Source: Octopus sinensis (taxonomy: Eukaryota). Taken from it: a stretch of 64,000 nt of DNA. Made by a program: the position numbers and the translations under genes. Below are positions 12,557 through 26,562 of the stretch, piece by piece (positions within the stretch are counted from its first letter, which is position 1; every line of letters starts with the position of its first letter). The DNA lies in the NCBI RefSeq assembly GCF_006345805.1, contig NC_042997.1:49352001-49416000 (forward strand), read 5' to 3'. The notes beneath the pieces were generated by a model that had not been told where the DNA came from, searched no databases, and saw nothing but the letters and a program-made list of their open reading frames with translations.

Positions 12557-15065
12557 ATGTATATATAAAACTCTGTGTGTGTGAGTGCATGTATCTACAC
12601 GATGTATATGAATGCAAACGTGATGACTACTTAGATCTTAAGACAACTTCCTCTACTTTATTTCTCCTTTCTTTTTGTTTTCCTTTTAAATCAAAGAGTT
12701 TATTAATGTTGATTCACTTCTCTGAGGAGTTTTAAAATACTTCTTGAACCCAACAGATTGTTGGGCGGCTCTTCTTTGTCGATTGAGTTTCCTTTTTTAT
12801 TCTTAGGTCGCCATGTGTTTATATTTGTGTTTTCGCATTTGATTTCTAGTATCCTTTGATGGCGTGTACTTTTCTCAAAGGTTATAATGTTTTTAATCAT
12901 TTTGAAGAGTAGGATATATAATCTATTTATTGCTAAGCATTATATCTTCTTCCCTGTTTTGTTTCGTCACTCTTTTCTCGTGGATTACAAATTGTCCAAT
13001 TAATACATCTAATAAAGCCATGAATTTGGAAGGAAGCTCACAAGGAGCGCTGCTTATTGCTCAGTGTTAAGTGTTCGCTGAAAGAAAAGTAATCCTTACT
13101 GTAAATATGAAAGAAACTTAAGTGAATTGATCATAAGATCTGGTGGATCAGCGGCTATTCGTGATAATTAAGTGAACCGAGGTATAGGCTTGCATACCAA
13201 ATACACAGAACATTTGCAATTAATTTGAAAGCAAGACTTAAAGTCACATATTCTGTTTCGTCATCCTTTTCCCTTTAGCAGTTTTAATTTAAAAGTATTT
13301 GTCGAGGGTTTTATTGCTTTATAGAACTAAGGAACCGAATTTGGTTCGTGCCAATTGGTGAGTAGACAATTTTAAGTTAGCATTCACCAAGGTAAAGAGA
13401 TTTTTAAAAGTCTCATTAGAACCAGCCTATATTTCAAATATTTTATACACAAATCTAGTAATTAGTTTTGATTTCTTAAACATGTTTCTCGAAATGTTCT
13501 GATCTTCGACACACACCTAAACAATGAAAAGAATTTCTTTTTGAGAGTAGGAAAATTTACATCATCTTTCCAGTCCAAACTAAATATCGTCCAAATTTCT
13601 ACTAAAATAATGTATGCGAGGGTCTCTTTCAACTCCGTCAGCCACTAGAGCACAGAGAAATAGAAACACCGAATTCAGATGCAGCGTTAGGCAAGTCTAT
13701 TATCATTTCTACCAGGTCACCGGATTTAATGAAGATATAAAACATTTAGCAGAAATATTATATCTGAATGGATAAATTTATCATTTGAATCACCAGTTTA
13801 TAGGTATCGAAGGAAAATCGTAGTATTTTTGAGAATACCACTTAATTTAGCACATCTTATTTCAGTCAGTTAAAGGTACAGATTACCTGCAGAATGCGAT
13901 AAATTTCGGTCCTTAATGAATGAAAACGTTATCTTTCATTAAAATTAATACCGAGAAAGCTTTTCGATGAACCAACGAGGAATCCTTTATGTTGTTGCCC
14001 GAGTTGCTTGAAGCAGTGACTGATCTAATTCACGTTCATAGCATCAAACCCCAACACCTCTAAAATGGCAAGAAAGGACACCTTGTACAATGCGGTCCTA
14101 GATACATTGTGTCCGAAGAATATAAACCGGAGAGGATCATGACTGGAACGCCTTTTATGATGAAAGGAAAGCCTTTCATTACTGCTATTCTAAAAAACGA
14201 CATTCATATATTAAAGATTATGGATTATATATATGTAACAAATGTTTAGGAGAAAGATTTTGAATTAGGGATTTTCACTGTTCGCAGTCACGATAAGATT
14301 TTTGAGATCCTCTGAAGACCCTTAGTTCTCGTATAGAGCTTTATATGAATACAAAATATACTTCGAAGGTTCTAAATTTTGACGAGTCCTTAGAATACCT
14401 CACACTACACGCAGCCATTTGTCTCCTGTAACGACAGAATCATACAATAAATCACTTTTCAGTATGAATACAAAATGCCTGTTGACACATTTACGTATAT
14501 TCCCCATTGTTAAACGTTTTTAAAAAACATATCATCGCACGCAGCAGTGGCCCCAGTATCATACAGCGCCCCTTCATATACTATTGGTATCTATACATAG
14601 TATTTCCTGTGTCACCTTTTCCTGTTCCATATCTTTCTTTTCGTTTATTTTTCATTGTTCTTACATATTATTTTCTCCTCATTGTTATTTTATATATTTC
14701 ATTTATTATTTTTGTTAATAATTGTTTCTGATAATTTTTCTTTCCTCTGCCAGTCTTTTTCTCTTATAATAATGAAACACATTTTTGAAAATTGACATCC
14801 ATGTATTAAAAATTATGAATTATATATATGAAAAAAAGTCTTGAAAACGGCAGTTTAACAAGGACCTTAACGAAAGACGCTTTATGTTAGGGCTTTTCAG
14901 TGATTTATTTTAAATCACACGTGTGTCTGAATGGCTGAAAACTGCGAAAAACGCTTACATGTAAACTTCTAACAATGAAGTCTGTGTTAATCGGCATTTT
15001 TAAAAGAGTTTTTAAAATACTTTGTTGATAATTTTTAATTTAAGAAAAAATCCATTCTGATTCTG

Positions 15066-15176
<111 letters not shown>

Positions 15177-15227
15177 AATATAAATATGCATGTATATATA
15201 TATATAAATATATATGTACATATTTGG

Positions 15228-16052
15228 TAGAGCTGACCATGTACAGACCAAAGGAAACCATGGACATGCAGCCTACAAGAAACTCTCAAAATCTTTCCAG
15301 CTTGAACTTCCATAAGGCAAACTGGAAACAAATTGTGAAAGCGATCCTCAAATAAAACTGATCTAAATGTCTCTCCTCACTGAATATCGACATGAAACCT
15401 CAACAATTCCTGTCTGTAATGTAAAGGGAGCACTCCGTCGGTTACGACGACGAGGGTCCCAGCTGATACGGTCAACGGAACAGCTTGCTCGTGGAATTAA
15501 CGTGCAAGTGACTGAGCAATCCACAGACACGTGTACCCTTAACGTAGTTCTCAGGGAGATTCAGCGTGACACACAATGTGACAAGGCCGGCCCTTTGAAA
15601 TACAGGTACAACTCATTTTTGCCAGCTGAGTGAACTAGAGCAACGTGAAATAAAGTGTCTTGCTCAAGGACACAACGCATCGCCGGGAATCGAACTCACG
15701 ACCTTACAATCGCCAGTCGAATGCCCTAACCACTAAGCCACGCGCCTTCCTGTAATGCAAGTCATATGCTACAAATGTGGCCGGAGAGAAAGGCCACAGT
15801 ACACAAGAACAAAATCCCCAGGGAGAGGAAAATTCTTATGAGACGGTGTATACAAAAGTTTCAAATCGCCTAAACAAACAAATTGAAAGCAGTGAAAAGT
15901 CCCGCCTGAAAATACAACTGCTGGAGATTGAAAAAAATCTGCAACTCTCCCATGAAAAAGAAAGAGCAGACAAAGAAGCCTGGCTACAGACAATATAAAA
16001 TCTAACCCGGAGCTTTCTATAAGTTGCCAAAGAAACAGCTTCAGTGCACCGC
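15228..16052 (+). mobile_element. CR1-like LINE ORF2 internal fragment (EN-RT linker), interrupted by SINE C
   Basis: LNFHKANWKQI...KNKIPRERKILMRR...ERADKEAW..NIKSNP.AFYK resembles the CR1 linker K.NPK.F motif. Second copy at ~17469-18293. Confidence 0.65.
15422..15749 (-). mobile_element. tRNA-derived SINE family C with 8-bp TSD
   Basis: A box tggcttagtgg, B box gttcgattcc, core ccttgagcaagacact. Flanked by ctgtaatg at 15414-15421 and 15750-15757. Confidence 0.88.
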
Positions 16053-16612
16053 ATCAAATCGCACCTCCACAGTTGCGTATTTCCTCCCTCTGCAAGGTAG
16101 GTGAAATCCTGCTAGATGGGTCTCAATGCCCTTTCAACTTGTAGTTTTGTTACTATCTCCATTCTCTTTCCATCCAGATTATAAGTTCTATATATTATTG
16201 TCTTTTTTTGCGTCCTTTGTAACTTCATTTGGAGAGGTCACTTTTACTTCGAGCGCCTTCCTTCGCAGGATTGCTCTGTACGTGTTCAACCCCTCTTTCT
16301 TAATAAAAATCGCTTCTCTTGTTTCACCAGCCGCAGCTGCAAAATTCATTTTTTCCCTCTTCTTGGCCATAATATTCAAACTTCTCAGTAGTTCTTCTGC
16401 AGACGTAACGACCTCTGAAGAATTCAAATCTTCAAACATCATGAAGTAATACGCTTCCTCCTCCAAACAAGGGAGACAGCGTTAACAAAACTGTCCTAAG
16501 GCAGCAAAAGCAACCGTCTCAAGACACAACAATTAACAACAGAGTTCAACAATTTTTCACTAACTTCTCGAACGACGCACAAACAAAATTCGCGACCAAC
16601 TCGGTCACAGAT
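16050..16612 (-). mobile_element. Putative LINE 5' UTR + ORF1 N-terminus, 3'-truncated
   Basis: ATG-initiated complex ORF MEEEAYYFMMFEDL...VTSPNEVTKD continues through stops to QDFTYLAEG.KYATVEVRFD. LINE ORF1 identity rests on recall. Second copy at ~18291-18850. Confidence 0.5.
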
Positions 16613-17076
16613 GATTGTAAGAACGGTGAAAAATATTTGGGAAAGTCTATGTCTGTATTATCAGACAATGCAAAAACAATGTTTAAAATAGGATCAAAAC
16701 ACTGCGAAAATCCAGTACAAATTCTTCACGGTTCAAAATGTTGCTTACTTTTTACTCAATCTGATATATATATATCATTATATTATAATATTATATATAT
16801 ATAATATATATAGGTATCAGATATGTGTGTGGGTGTTGTGTTTGTTGCGTTTATGTTCAGTTATGATAGAAACAATTTTACATTAATCTGATGGATTATC
16901 ATACTTTTGTAGAGCACAAATTTATCATTGTTATACAAGATGTCGTTGGCAGTGACTTCGAAATTTCGGTTAGCTAAGCTATCGGCAATCCGATGGCTCA
17001 GTTGGTGGGAACTTCGAAGAGTTACTCTCAACAACATTCTTGTGTAAGAATAGTATATATATATATATATATATAT

Positions 17077-17368
17077 CACGTGATCACGTGACCGACCAGA
17101 CCATCAGATGTTGTTACACATCGCTGGTCACAATGCGTTCGCATTGTTTTTTAGCCTTCGAATGACGCCACCCCGCTGGCTAAGCGAGCAGGCCAACAGA
17201 AGAACGAGTGGTGAAAGAGTACAGCAGGGATCACCACCCCCTGCCGGAGCCTCGTGGAGCTTTTAGGTGTTTTCGCTCAATAAACACTCACAACGCCCGG
17301 TCTGGGAATCGAAACCACGATCCTTCGACCGCGAGTCCGCTGCCCTAACTACCGGGCCATTGCGCCTC
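17077..17368 (-). mobile_element. tRNA(Arg)-like-headed SINE family D
   Basis: Head ggcgcaatggcccggtagttagggcagcggac-tcg-cggtc...ggtttcgattccc. Ends cacgtgatcacgtga into (TA)n. Confidence 0.8.
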
Positions 17369-17374
17369 ACACCA

Positions 17375-17405
<31 letters not shown>

Positions 17406-17661
17406 CACACCGCACACACAAATATAAATATGCATGTATATATATATATAAATATATTACATATTTGGTAGAGCTGACCATGTACAGACCAAAGGAAACC
17501 ATGGACATGCAGCCTACAAGAAACTCTCAAAATCTTCCAGCTTGAACTTCCATAAGGCAAACTGGAAGCAAATTGTGAAAGCGATCCTCAAATAAAACTG
17601 ATCTAAATGTCTCTCCTCACTGAATATCGACATGAAACCTCAACAATTCCTGTCTGTAATG

Positions 17662-17989
17662 TAAAGGGAGCACTCCGTCGGTTACGACGACGAGGGTCCC
17701 AGCTGATACGGTCAACGGAACAGCTTGCTCGTGGAATTAACGTGCAAGTGACTGAGCAATCCACAGACACATGTACCCCTAACATAGTTCTCAGGGAGAT
17801 TCAGCGTGACACAGAATGTGACAAGGCCGGCCCTTTGAAATACAGGTACAACTCATTTTTGCCAGCTGAGTGAACTGTAGCAACGGGAAATAAAGTGTCT
17901 TGCTCAAGGACACAACGCATCGCCGGGAATCGAACTCACGACCTTACAATCGCCAGTCGAATGCCCTAACCACTAAGCCACGCGCCTTC
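17662..17989 (-). mobile_element. SINE family C (duplicated copy)
   Basis: Same as 15422-15749, with the same ctgtaatg TSD. Confidence 0.85.
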
Positions 17990-19011
17990 CTGTAATGCAA
18001 GTCATATGCTACAAATGTGGCCGGAGAGAAAGGCCACAGTACACAAGAACAAAATCCCCAGGGAGAGGAAAATTCTTATGAGACGGTGTACAAAAGTTTC
18101 AAATCGCCTAAACAAACAAATTGAAAGCAGTGAAAAGTCCCGCCTGAAAATACAACTGCTGGAGATTGAAAAAAATCTGCAACTCTCCCATGAAAAAGAA
18201 AGAGCAGACAAAGAAGCCTGGGCTACAGACAATATATAATCTAACCCCGGAGCTTTCTATAAGTTTGCCAAAGAAACAGCTTCAGAGCACCGCATCAAAT
18301 CGCACCTCCACAGTTGCGTATTTCCTCCCTCTGGCAAGGTAGGTGAAATCCTGCTAGATGGGTCTCAATGCCCTCTCAACTTGTAGTTTTGTTTCTATCT
18401 CCATTCTCTTTCCATCCAGATTATAAGTTCTATATATTATTGTCTTTTTTTGCGTCCTTTGTAACTTCATTTGGAGAGGTCACTTTTACTTCGAGCCCCT
18501 TCCTTCGCAGGATTGCTCTGTACGTGTTCAACCCCTCTTTCTTAATAAAAATCGCTTCTCTTGTTTCACCAGCCGCAGCTGCAAAATTCATTTTTTCCCT
18601 CTTCTTGGCCATAATATTCAAACTTCTCAGTAGTTCTTCTTCAGACGTAACGACCTCTGAAGAATTCAAATCTTCAAACATCATGAAGTAATACGTTCCT
18701 CTCCAAACAAGGGAGACAGCGTTAACAAAACTGTCTTAAGGCAGCAAAAGCAACCGTCTCAAGACACAACAATTAACAACAGAGTTCAACAATTTTTCAC
18801 TAACTTCTCGAAACGCACAAACAAAATTCGCGACCAACTCGGTCACAGATGATTGTAAGAACGGTGAAAAATATTTGGGAAAGTCTATGTCTGTATTATC
18901 AGACAATGCAAAAACAATGTTTAAAATAGGATCAAAACACTGCGAAAATCCAGTACAAATTCTTCACGGTTCAAAATGTTGCTTACTTTTTACTCAATCT
19001 GATATATATAT

Positions 19012-19045
<34 letters not shown>

Positions 19046-19294
19046 ATATATGTATCAGATATGTGTGTGGGTGGTGTTGCGTTTATGTTCAGTTATGATA
19101 GAAACAATTTTACATTAATCTGATGGATTATTCTATACTTTTGTTAGAGCACAAATTTATCATTGTTATACAAGAATGTCGTTGGCAGTGACTTCGAAAT
19201 TTCGGTTAGCTAAGCCATCGGCAATCCGATGGCTCAGTTGGTGGGAACTTCGAAGAGTTACTCTCAACAACATTCTTGTGTAAGAATAGTATAT

Positions 19295-19358
<64 letters not shown>

Positions 19359-19360
<2 letters not shown>

Positions 19361-19649
19361 GTGATCACGTGACCGACCAGACCATCAGATGTTGTTACAC
19401 ATCGCTGGTCACAATGCGTTCGCATTGTTTTTTAGCCTTCGAATGACGCCACCCCGCTGGCTAAGCGAGCAGGCCAACAGAAGAACGAGTGGTGAAAGAG
19501 TACAGCAGGGATCACCACCCCCTGCCGGAGCCTCGTGGAGCTTTTAGGTGTTTTCGCTCAATAAACACTCACAACGCCTGGTCTGGGAATCGAAACCACG
19601 ATCCTTCGACCGCGAGTCCGCTGCCCTAACTACCGTGCCATTGCGCCTC
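19359..19649 (-). mobile_element. SINE family D (duplicated copy)
   Basis: Near-identical to 17077-17368. Confidence 0.8.
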
Positions 19650-19671
19650 CACACCACACACACACACACAC

Positions 19672-19724
<53 letters not shown>

Positions 19725-19788
19725 TATACATACATACATACATACATGTATGTATATATACATACATATATACATACAGTGGTCTGAT

Positions 19789-19819
<31 letters not shown>

Positions 19820-20288
19820 CATATATATATATACATACATATGTCAGACCACTGTACATGCGAGAAGTATAGTTTATTGCAGCAGCAAATTTCACCATTC
19901 AAAGATGCAATAATTACGCGTTCATCGTTTCGTTTCCACCCCACCCCCCCACAAACATAAAGAAAATAGACAAAAAGCAAGAAACTTCTGCAACAACAAC
20001 AACAGAAACGACTGTTACTTTCCACTCAGTTTAAATAAATAGAAACAAATCCCTGCAAACAAACACGCACACCCCAAAATTGCCAATGAAGTCTTTAGTG
20101 TGGAAGCATTGTGCCTAAATGCCAAACGACGGGTCTCGTAGAAGAAACCACAAGGCTTGGCTTCCGAACTTGGACGCTCCTTCTTATACAAAATCCAAAC
20201 ACATGTCATATAACAACATTGTGACGCAGCTTTTTCATTTTACTTCAACTGATACTGCTTTATTCAAGATATGTTACTAAATTTTTAA

Positions 20289-20430
20289 ATACCTATTTCT
20301 TTACTACTCACAAGGGGCTAAACACAGAGGGTGCAAACAAGGACAGACAAACGGATTAAGTACGATTATATAGACGCCAGTGCATAACTGGTACTTATTT
20401 AATCGACCCCGAAAGGATGAAAGGCAAAGT
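20289..20430 (-). mobile_element. SINE family A 3' fragment
   Basis: Core half plus tail1. Confidence 0.8.
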
Positions 20431-20511
20431 ACCAAACAAACTACCAACTCCAGAATACATTTCGTCAAACAACTATTCCCTTCTTGAGAGAATTATATCC
20501 TAAAATATGAC

Positions 20512-20714
20512 AACCATTTAGCATTCAAATAACTCAGTCAAATTGTTTTGAATGAATCATGCATTATCTAGAAGCCTTGGGATTTTCATAATGTGATTCG
20601 GTTTTACAAGACATTGTAACATAGGTGTGAGAAACTGGACACGACCAGTTTGAACATGAAGCAGGTAGAATATGTAGGCTGGATGGATATGGCCGGTTTA
20701 AATGCTAAAGAGTT
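20512..20714. mobile_element. Degenerate MITE
   Basis: Terminal inverted aaccatttagcatt ... aatgctaaagagtt about 200 bp apart. Confidence 0.45.
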
Positions 20715-21028
20715 TAAAGATTACTCCTCCTCCTCCTCCCATTTTGTATTAAATTAGAAAAGGCCCGGGACAATAATGTCCAAACTCTAAGTTACCAAAG
20801 TTCACCTTTCCCGCATCAAACATGCATGCATCAAAGGACACCTCTCCAAGTGGCCATTCGATCTGATAAATAAATAAGTAAATAAATAAAATAAAAAATA
20901 GTTGGTAGATCACAGCCTCACATCTTGGAAAATGGAGAAAATATTGGATAATGTAGTCGCTAATATACAAGAATACTTGATGGGTCACGATAGCGACGCC
21001 TTTGAGCCTATATACAGGTCTGCTTAAA

Positions 21029-21247
21029 GGCGGCGAGCTGGCAGAAAGGTTAGCACGCCGGGCGAAATGCGTAGCCGTATTTCGTTTGCTGTTACGTTCT
21101 GAGTTCAAATTCCGCTGAGGTCGACTTTGCCTTTCATCCTTTCAAGGTCGATAAATTTAGAACCAGTTACACACTGGGGTCGATGTAATCGACTTAATCC
21201 GTTTCTCTGTCCTTGTTTGTTTAGCCCCTTGTGGGGAATAAAGAAAC
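21029..21247 (+). mobile_element. SINE family A monomer with ~16-bp TSD
   Basis: Full head/core/tail1. Flanks are atatacaggtctgctt (21010-21025) and atatataggtctgctt (21248-21263). Confidence 0.92.
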
Positions 21248-21777
21248 ATATATAGGTCTGCTTTATCAGGAGACACTACTACTACTACGTCAACTACTAC
21301 TACTAGTAGTAGTAGTAGTAGTAGCAGTAGCAGCAAAAGTAATTGGACAGAGAGAAAAAGAGACATGAATAATAGGAATAGTTTATGTATTTAAAGGCAT
21401 GTAAGTCATGACTCCTGACCATGGGATCTTTGCAGCAAGTCAAGAGAAATCAATACTACACACACACATTCAAACATGTGCGCGCGCGCACGCGCGTGTG
21501 TGTGTGTGTGTGTGTGCAGAATAAGAAATATAAACCGAAGTGTGACATAGTTTCGATTTCCATGTAAAACCATTTTGATGAACGTACGACACTGTACTTC
21601 TCCGAGTGGGCATAAATAGCACACAATACGTTTTCTATAATTTCTCTTAAAAGTCTTAAAACCACTGAGTTTAGTCGGAACGAAAATTGTTATGCAAACT
21701 GCATTGTTGAAAACAATGGGCTGAGAAAAAGTCGTCCCTGAATGGTACCCACTCTCAAAATATAGATCTCAAAGTTT

Positions 21778-22157
21778 GGCACAAGGCCAGCAATTTCGTG
21801 GGAGGTGGGGGGGGGGTCAGTCGATTACATCGACTAGTACTTATTTTATCGGCCCGAAAGGACGAAAGGCAAAGTCGACCTCGGCGGAATTTGAACTCAG
21901 AACATAAAGGCGGAAGAAATGTCTATTTCTTTACTACCCACAAGGGGCTAAACACAGAGAGGACAAACAAGGACAGACAAATGGATTAAGTCGATTATAT
22001 CGACCCTAGTGCGTAACTGGTATTTATTTAATCGACCCCAAAAGGACGAAAAGCAAAGTCGACCTCGGCAGCGAAATTTGAACTCAGAACGTAGCGTCAG
22101 ACGGAATACCGCAAAGCATTTCGCCCGGCGTGCTAACCACTCTGCCAGCTCACCGCC
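21778..22157 (-). mobile_element. Dimeric SINE family A
   Basis: Head-core-tail1 followed by core-tail2 (..ttgctggccttgtgcc). Confidence 0.85.
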
Positions 22158-22644
22158 TTTTGGTTTGATTTAACCACTTACACGTAAATTTCACGATCAG
22201 GCTTTTCCGTTGATCGTATCAATTGGAACCCTCGTCGTTGTAACCGATGGAGTACCAGTGCCAGATATATCTCCGAAAAGCTAGGGTAATCATTTGTGGA
22301 AAGCCAGTGATTGTGGATTCGCTGAATGACGGTTGAGTTGCAGCTAAACGACAACTAGAATAGCAACCATTGCATTACTTGAAAAGAAAGATCATATACT
22401 CAGCTTTTATCCATTCATTCAATTCATTCAGTGAGTGAGTCAGTCAGTAAACCAGTAGGCAACCATTCATTCATCTAGTTTGTTTTTTTTATTCAGCAAT
22501 TATTGTGGTTTATATAAAGCTTTTTTTTTCCTCTTTCAATTTCCCATGAGAATTAAAATTAATTTTTTTTCATAACATTACACCCATGGAAAGAAAAAAT
22601 CAGATATTCAAATACATACACATAGACGTTAGCAGGACTCTGCA

Positions 22645-22685
<41 letters not shown>

Positions 22686-23123
22686 TTAATGACTGCTTAT
22701 GTTTCATTCAACTTGACGATATAATGCAAACATTTAATACGCTGTTACAACTACTTGCGTACAAGCAACTCCTGCAGGCCTTATTAGATCGAGGTCGGCA
22801 AAACTGTTCAAACAGCTTATGCCATCATGTTACAATTTTGACGAGTCAGTAAGAAAAAAATTGTTATAGAACTGCCAAATTCGTTTTGGCAATTCAATGC
22901 ACATTATTATCTGGACCATTAGAGCTGCATTGGACAAATTCCTCTTCATGTGAACTTCCATTACATTTACTGGAGAGAGGGCAGACCTTTCAGCCTTTAT
23001 TTATTCATTTGAGGACCATTACGATACAGACTGACCTGAATTATATATAATGGGTGCGTGCGTGCTCTCGCGTGTGTTTGTGTATATATGCATGCATGTA
23101 TTTAGATATATATGCGTGCAATG

Positions 23124-23164
<41 letters not shown>

Positions 23165-25799
23165 GTGTGAGGGACAGAAAAATAGCAAAAAATGGAAAAA
23201 AAATCATAATACAAATAAAATCAAAAGCTTGGAGAGAATTGACGGTACTTAAGAGGTGTTTGTATGCAGATTGGTAGGCTTTGGGGGTTAAACATGACGC
23301 ACAGCCACCGTCCCTACCTTGATTCAATCACAGCAGCAGCAGTAGCAGTTCCACCACCACCACCACCACCACCATCATCAACACCACCACCACCACCACC
23401 ACCACCACCATCACCATCACCACCACCACCATCACCATCATCAACACCCTCAAATCTGATGATCGGAGTTTTTAAAAAATGTTGAGTGTGACAGTCTGAG
23501 AACTTCGTCTCCAAATAGACGCTAGTCAGGTAGACAGAAGGATTGGCTATAATAAAAAAAAAAAGAAAAAAACTATGAAAAACTAAAAAAAATAAGACAT
23601 ACAAACACATGACTAGAGATATCCCTGTGACCTGGAATGTCGTGAGACAACAACTTGCTCTATCAATGTTACTGAGGTGTATCTGCGTATTCGATGCAAA
23701 TTGTCTCTTAAATAACTGCTCGATCAACAGATTACGTTCTCGATAGAGAAAGTTTCTGAAACTGACCTTTAAACTTTCGTTTAATACTCGCTGATTTCCC
23801 GTCAATGTAATGATATTGAATTTCGTCTAATGTGTATAAGACTTATATATCTTTCGTCGCCTTTTCACGTGGATTGAGCTATTAGTCTGCCTATACGTGA
23901 TAAATGACTTCTAAAAGATATGCAGGCGAACGAAGATACACTCACCTAAATTTGAGGAAAGCACCTATCATATAATATTATCGAAGTTTCCGTTGTTTTG
24001 TAGAAATGGGAAGGGATCTTTTTTGTTTCACTGACACCTTTTTAAATTTTAAAATTAAGTGAAAATTTTCAAATTTGGTTTATTGATGTAATTTTTCACT
24101 CTGAATCTCAGGACCTAGTTCACTTGTTCCCGAAAAAAAATAGTTGGAGAGGTTTAAAGTTTGATCATTTTTACCCAGTCAGAAAACAGGATTTGCAAGC
24201 TAACATTTTGTGCGTGACTGCAATCGTAAGACGTCAAAACGATAATGTAAACATTGCGACGATAGCACGTATTTTAAGCATTTAATAAGCGAAAAATGAC
24301 TTTAAAAATAAAACGAGTAAACATATATTTTGTAGTTTTACGCATTCAATATGCATTTAATGAGAAAAGACGAGAGTAAACAACACATTTAGTAGTTTTA
24401 AGAGTAGAAAATAAAATGAGTACAAGCAAGAAAACAGAGCGTAAAGCACCAGTTTGTAAACACAGGTGGTTTTTCGTTAAACGCTTTTCGAATGCTTGGC
24501 TTGTTACTTTGGAAACAGGCACTTATATGTCTGTGGCTTTTGATAGGCTAAAATTAGTCAAAATTTGCAAACTTAAAAAGCTATTAACTGTTTATTTATT
24601 AATTTTTGGCGAAAATGAATTTCATGTCAATAATGAGTATACAAAACTACACCAAATTTCAAATCAATTGGTACAAATTTGAAGAAATTGAAAAGTAGCT
24701 GCCAAACAAAAAGATGATAGTGGAAATTTTCTCCACTTGGTGATTTTATGAATTGTAGTTGGTCAAAGGTGAATGATGTTATTGATATTTAGAATGAGTA
24801 GTACGTACTTGGAAGTGGAGATAACCAGTGCTGGAGAATACTAATGATCATCGTAAAATTGCATTTTTGAGAGCATGGATGGTCAGGTCAGAAGAACTGA
24901 CCTCAGTTCACTTAGCTGTAAATAGGTACATTATTAGAGGAACAACTTAACGTCTGCTATGAAGCAATGGCAACACTATAGAAAAGGATGGTGTCACGTG
25001 AACTTGCTGCAGTGAGTCCCACTCTGTATATAGAGCTTTGAGAAGCATAAATAGTTCTAAGTTAGCTTGCCTTAGATATATGAAGACCATGCAGTAGGTT
25101 ATGAGAGAATCATAATGCGATTCTAGCAGTTAAGCTGGCGGAAAAATTGCTTTGTGTTCCGATTTGTAATCTCTCTATATCCTCATTGTCGTTTTTCCCC
25201 CCACGTTAGTTAAAATAAATACCAATAATAAACTGTAAACACACACCTACACAAACTTTCCAACTAGATTTGGCAGCGGACATAAAATTAAAAAAAAAAG
25301 CATTATTATACAGTTTATTTTCTTATTCATCAGATTTTGTGTTTGTTTATTTTGCATTTTATATATTCCTAAAGTATACAATGAAAGAATTCTTCGGCGC
25401 TAACGAGCATTTTTTGTTTATTTATTTATATTCTTTTGTGGTGAAAAAATCGTCAGAATTTGATAAGACTAAGAAGGCTGAAGATTAGTCTTAAATGAAA
25501 ATTTATAAACAACTTCAGGTTGTTTATAAAAGAGAGCTACTTGAGAATAGATAAAGAACTTCAACACGATAATTGTTTTTAGTTATTAGAGGGCGATTGT
25601 AAGAATGGTATGAATGAAAGACTCAACTCGCCAGTTTTGTATACATAATGGCACTGGAAGAAAGCCTATCTCTTCAGATGAGAGCCATAATTGTTTCAGA
25701 TTATTCTAATCCAGTTTGAGAGATTAACCTTTTGTCTCTGTTCTTCTTTCGTATCCTTATATATATATATATATATAATATATATATATATATATTATA

Positions 25800-25950
25800 T
25801 TAAATTAGAGATAAAACCACTATTAGGCAAATCATACAATGAAAAACTTAAGCCAATAATTTAATATAATATAATATTTTACTATAAAATGGATTCAATC
25901 CTAAATCTGATTTTTTCCCTGTAAGTTTGGATTTATTCCCTAATATTTAT
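25800..25950. mobile_element. TA-embedded rearranged fragment of the 59587-59850 family
   Basis: Shares gagataaaaccactatt and ggattcaatcctaaatctgatttttt(c)cctgtaa..ttggatttattccctaatatt with 59587-59850, with the two segments in opposite relative orientation. (TA)n on both sides. Confidence 0.7.
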
Positions 25951-25961
25951 TATTATTAATT

Positions 25962-26054
<93 letters not shown>

Positions 26055-26426
26055 TATATGTGTGTATATATAGTCAATTCAAAAAAATAATAAATTCAAA
26101 GAAACTAGTAAAATTAATGGAAACAACAGGACGTGCACAAGAACTGTATTAGCTTGACACTCGGTGAAAAGAGACAGCTTAACGCTTCGAGCTCTTCGTC
26201 GGAAAGGGGAAAGGAAAACGTCCAAAGAAGGGGAAAAAATGTCAACAGCACTTGTGTACATGCGTAATGTGTGTGTGCGTGCGCGCCCGTTAATATTATT
26301 ACTTTATAAGTTTAACTGATGGTATGATATTGCTGGTATAACATCCCTTTAAGTCTCTGTTATATTTTGTGAATTTCCCGTTATTTCTTGGGTATCAATA
26401 CTTTATAAAAAGAATTAACTTCATAT

Positions 26427-26562
26427 GCTTTACGTTCTGAGTTCAAATTCAAATTCTGCTTTTCATCCTTTCGGGATCAATAAAGTAAGTACCAGTTGAG
26501 CCCTGAAGCCGATGTAATCTACTACTCCTATCCCCTAAAATTGCAGACCTTATGCCTGAACT
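26427..26562 (+). mobile_element. SINE family A partial (core-tail2)
   Basis: acgttctgagttcaaattc...ttttcatcctttcgggatcaataaa..gtaccagttgag. Confidence 0.7.

Noticed and set aside
12700-14950. Apparently unique AT-rich region as a host exon carrier
   Set aside because: No ORF with recognisable protein character. Small exons cannot be excluded without RNA-seq.
15690-17368. tRNA-like sequences as tRNA genes
   Set aside because: They have no complete cloverleaf and continue into SINE bodies with tails or TSDs.
23314-23805. 163-aa Gly-rich ORF / Pro-rich antisense ORF
   Set aside because: Driven by a (CCA)n tract, with no domain or splice support.
23940-24760. Possible old DNA-transposon remnant
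   Set aside because: I could not define TIRs, TSD or coding motifs.
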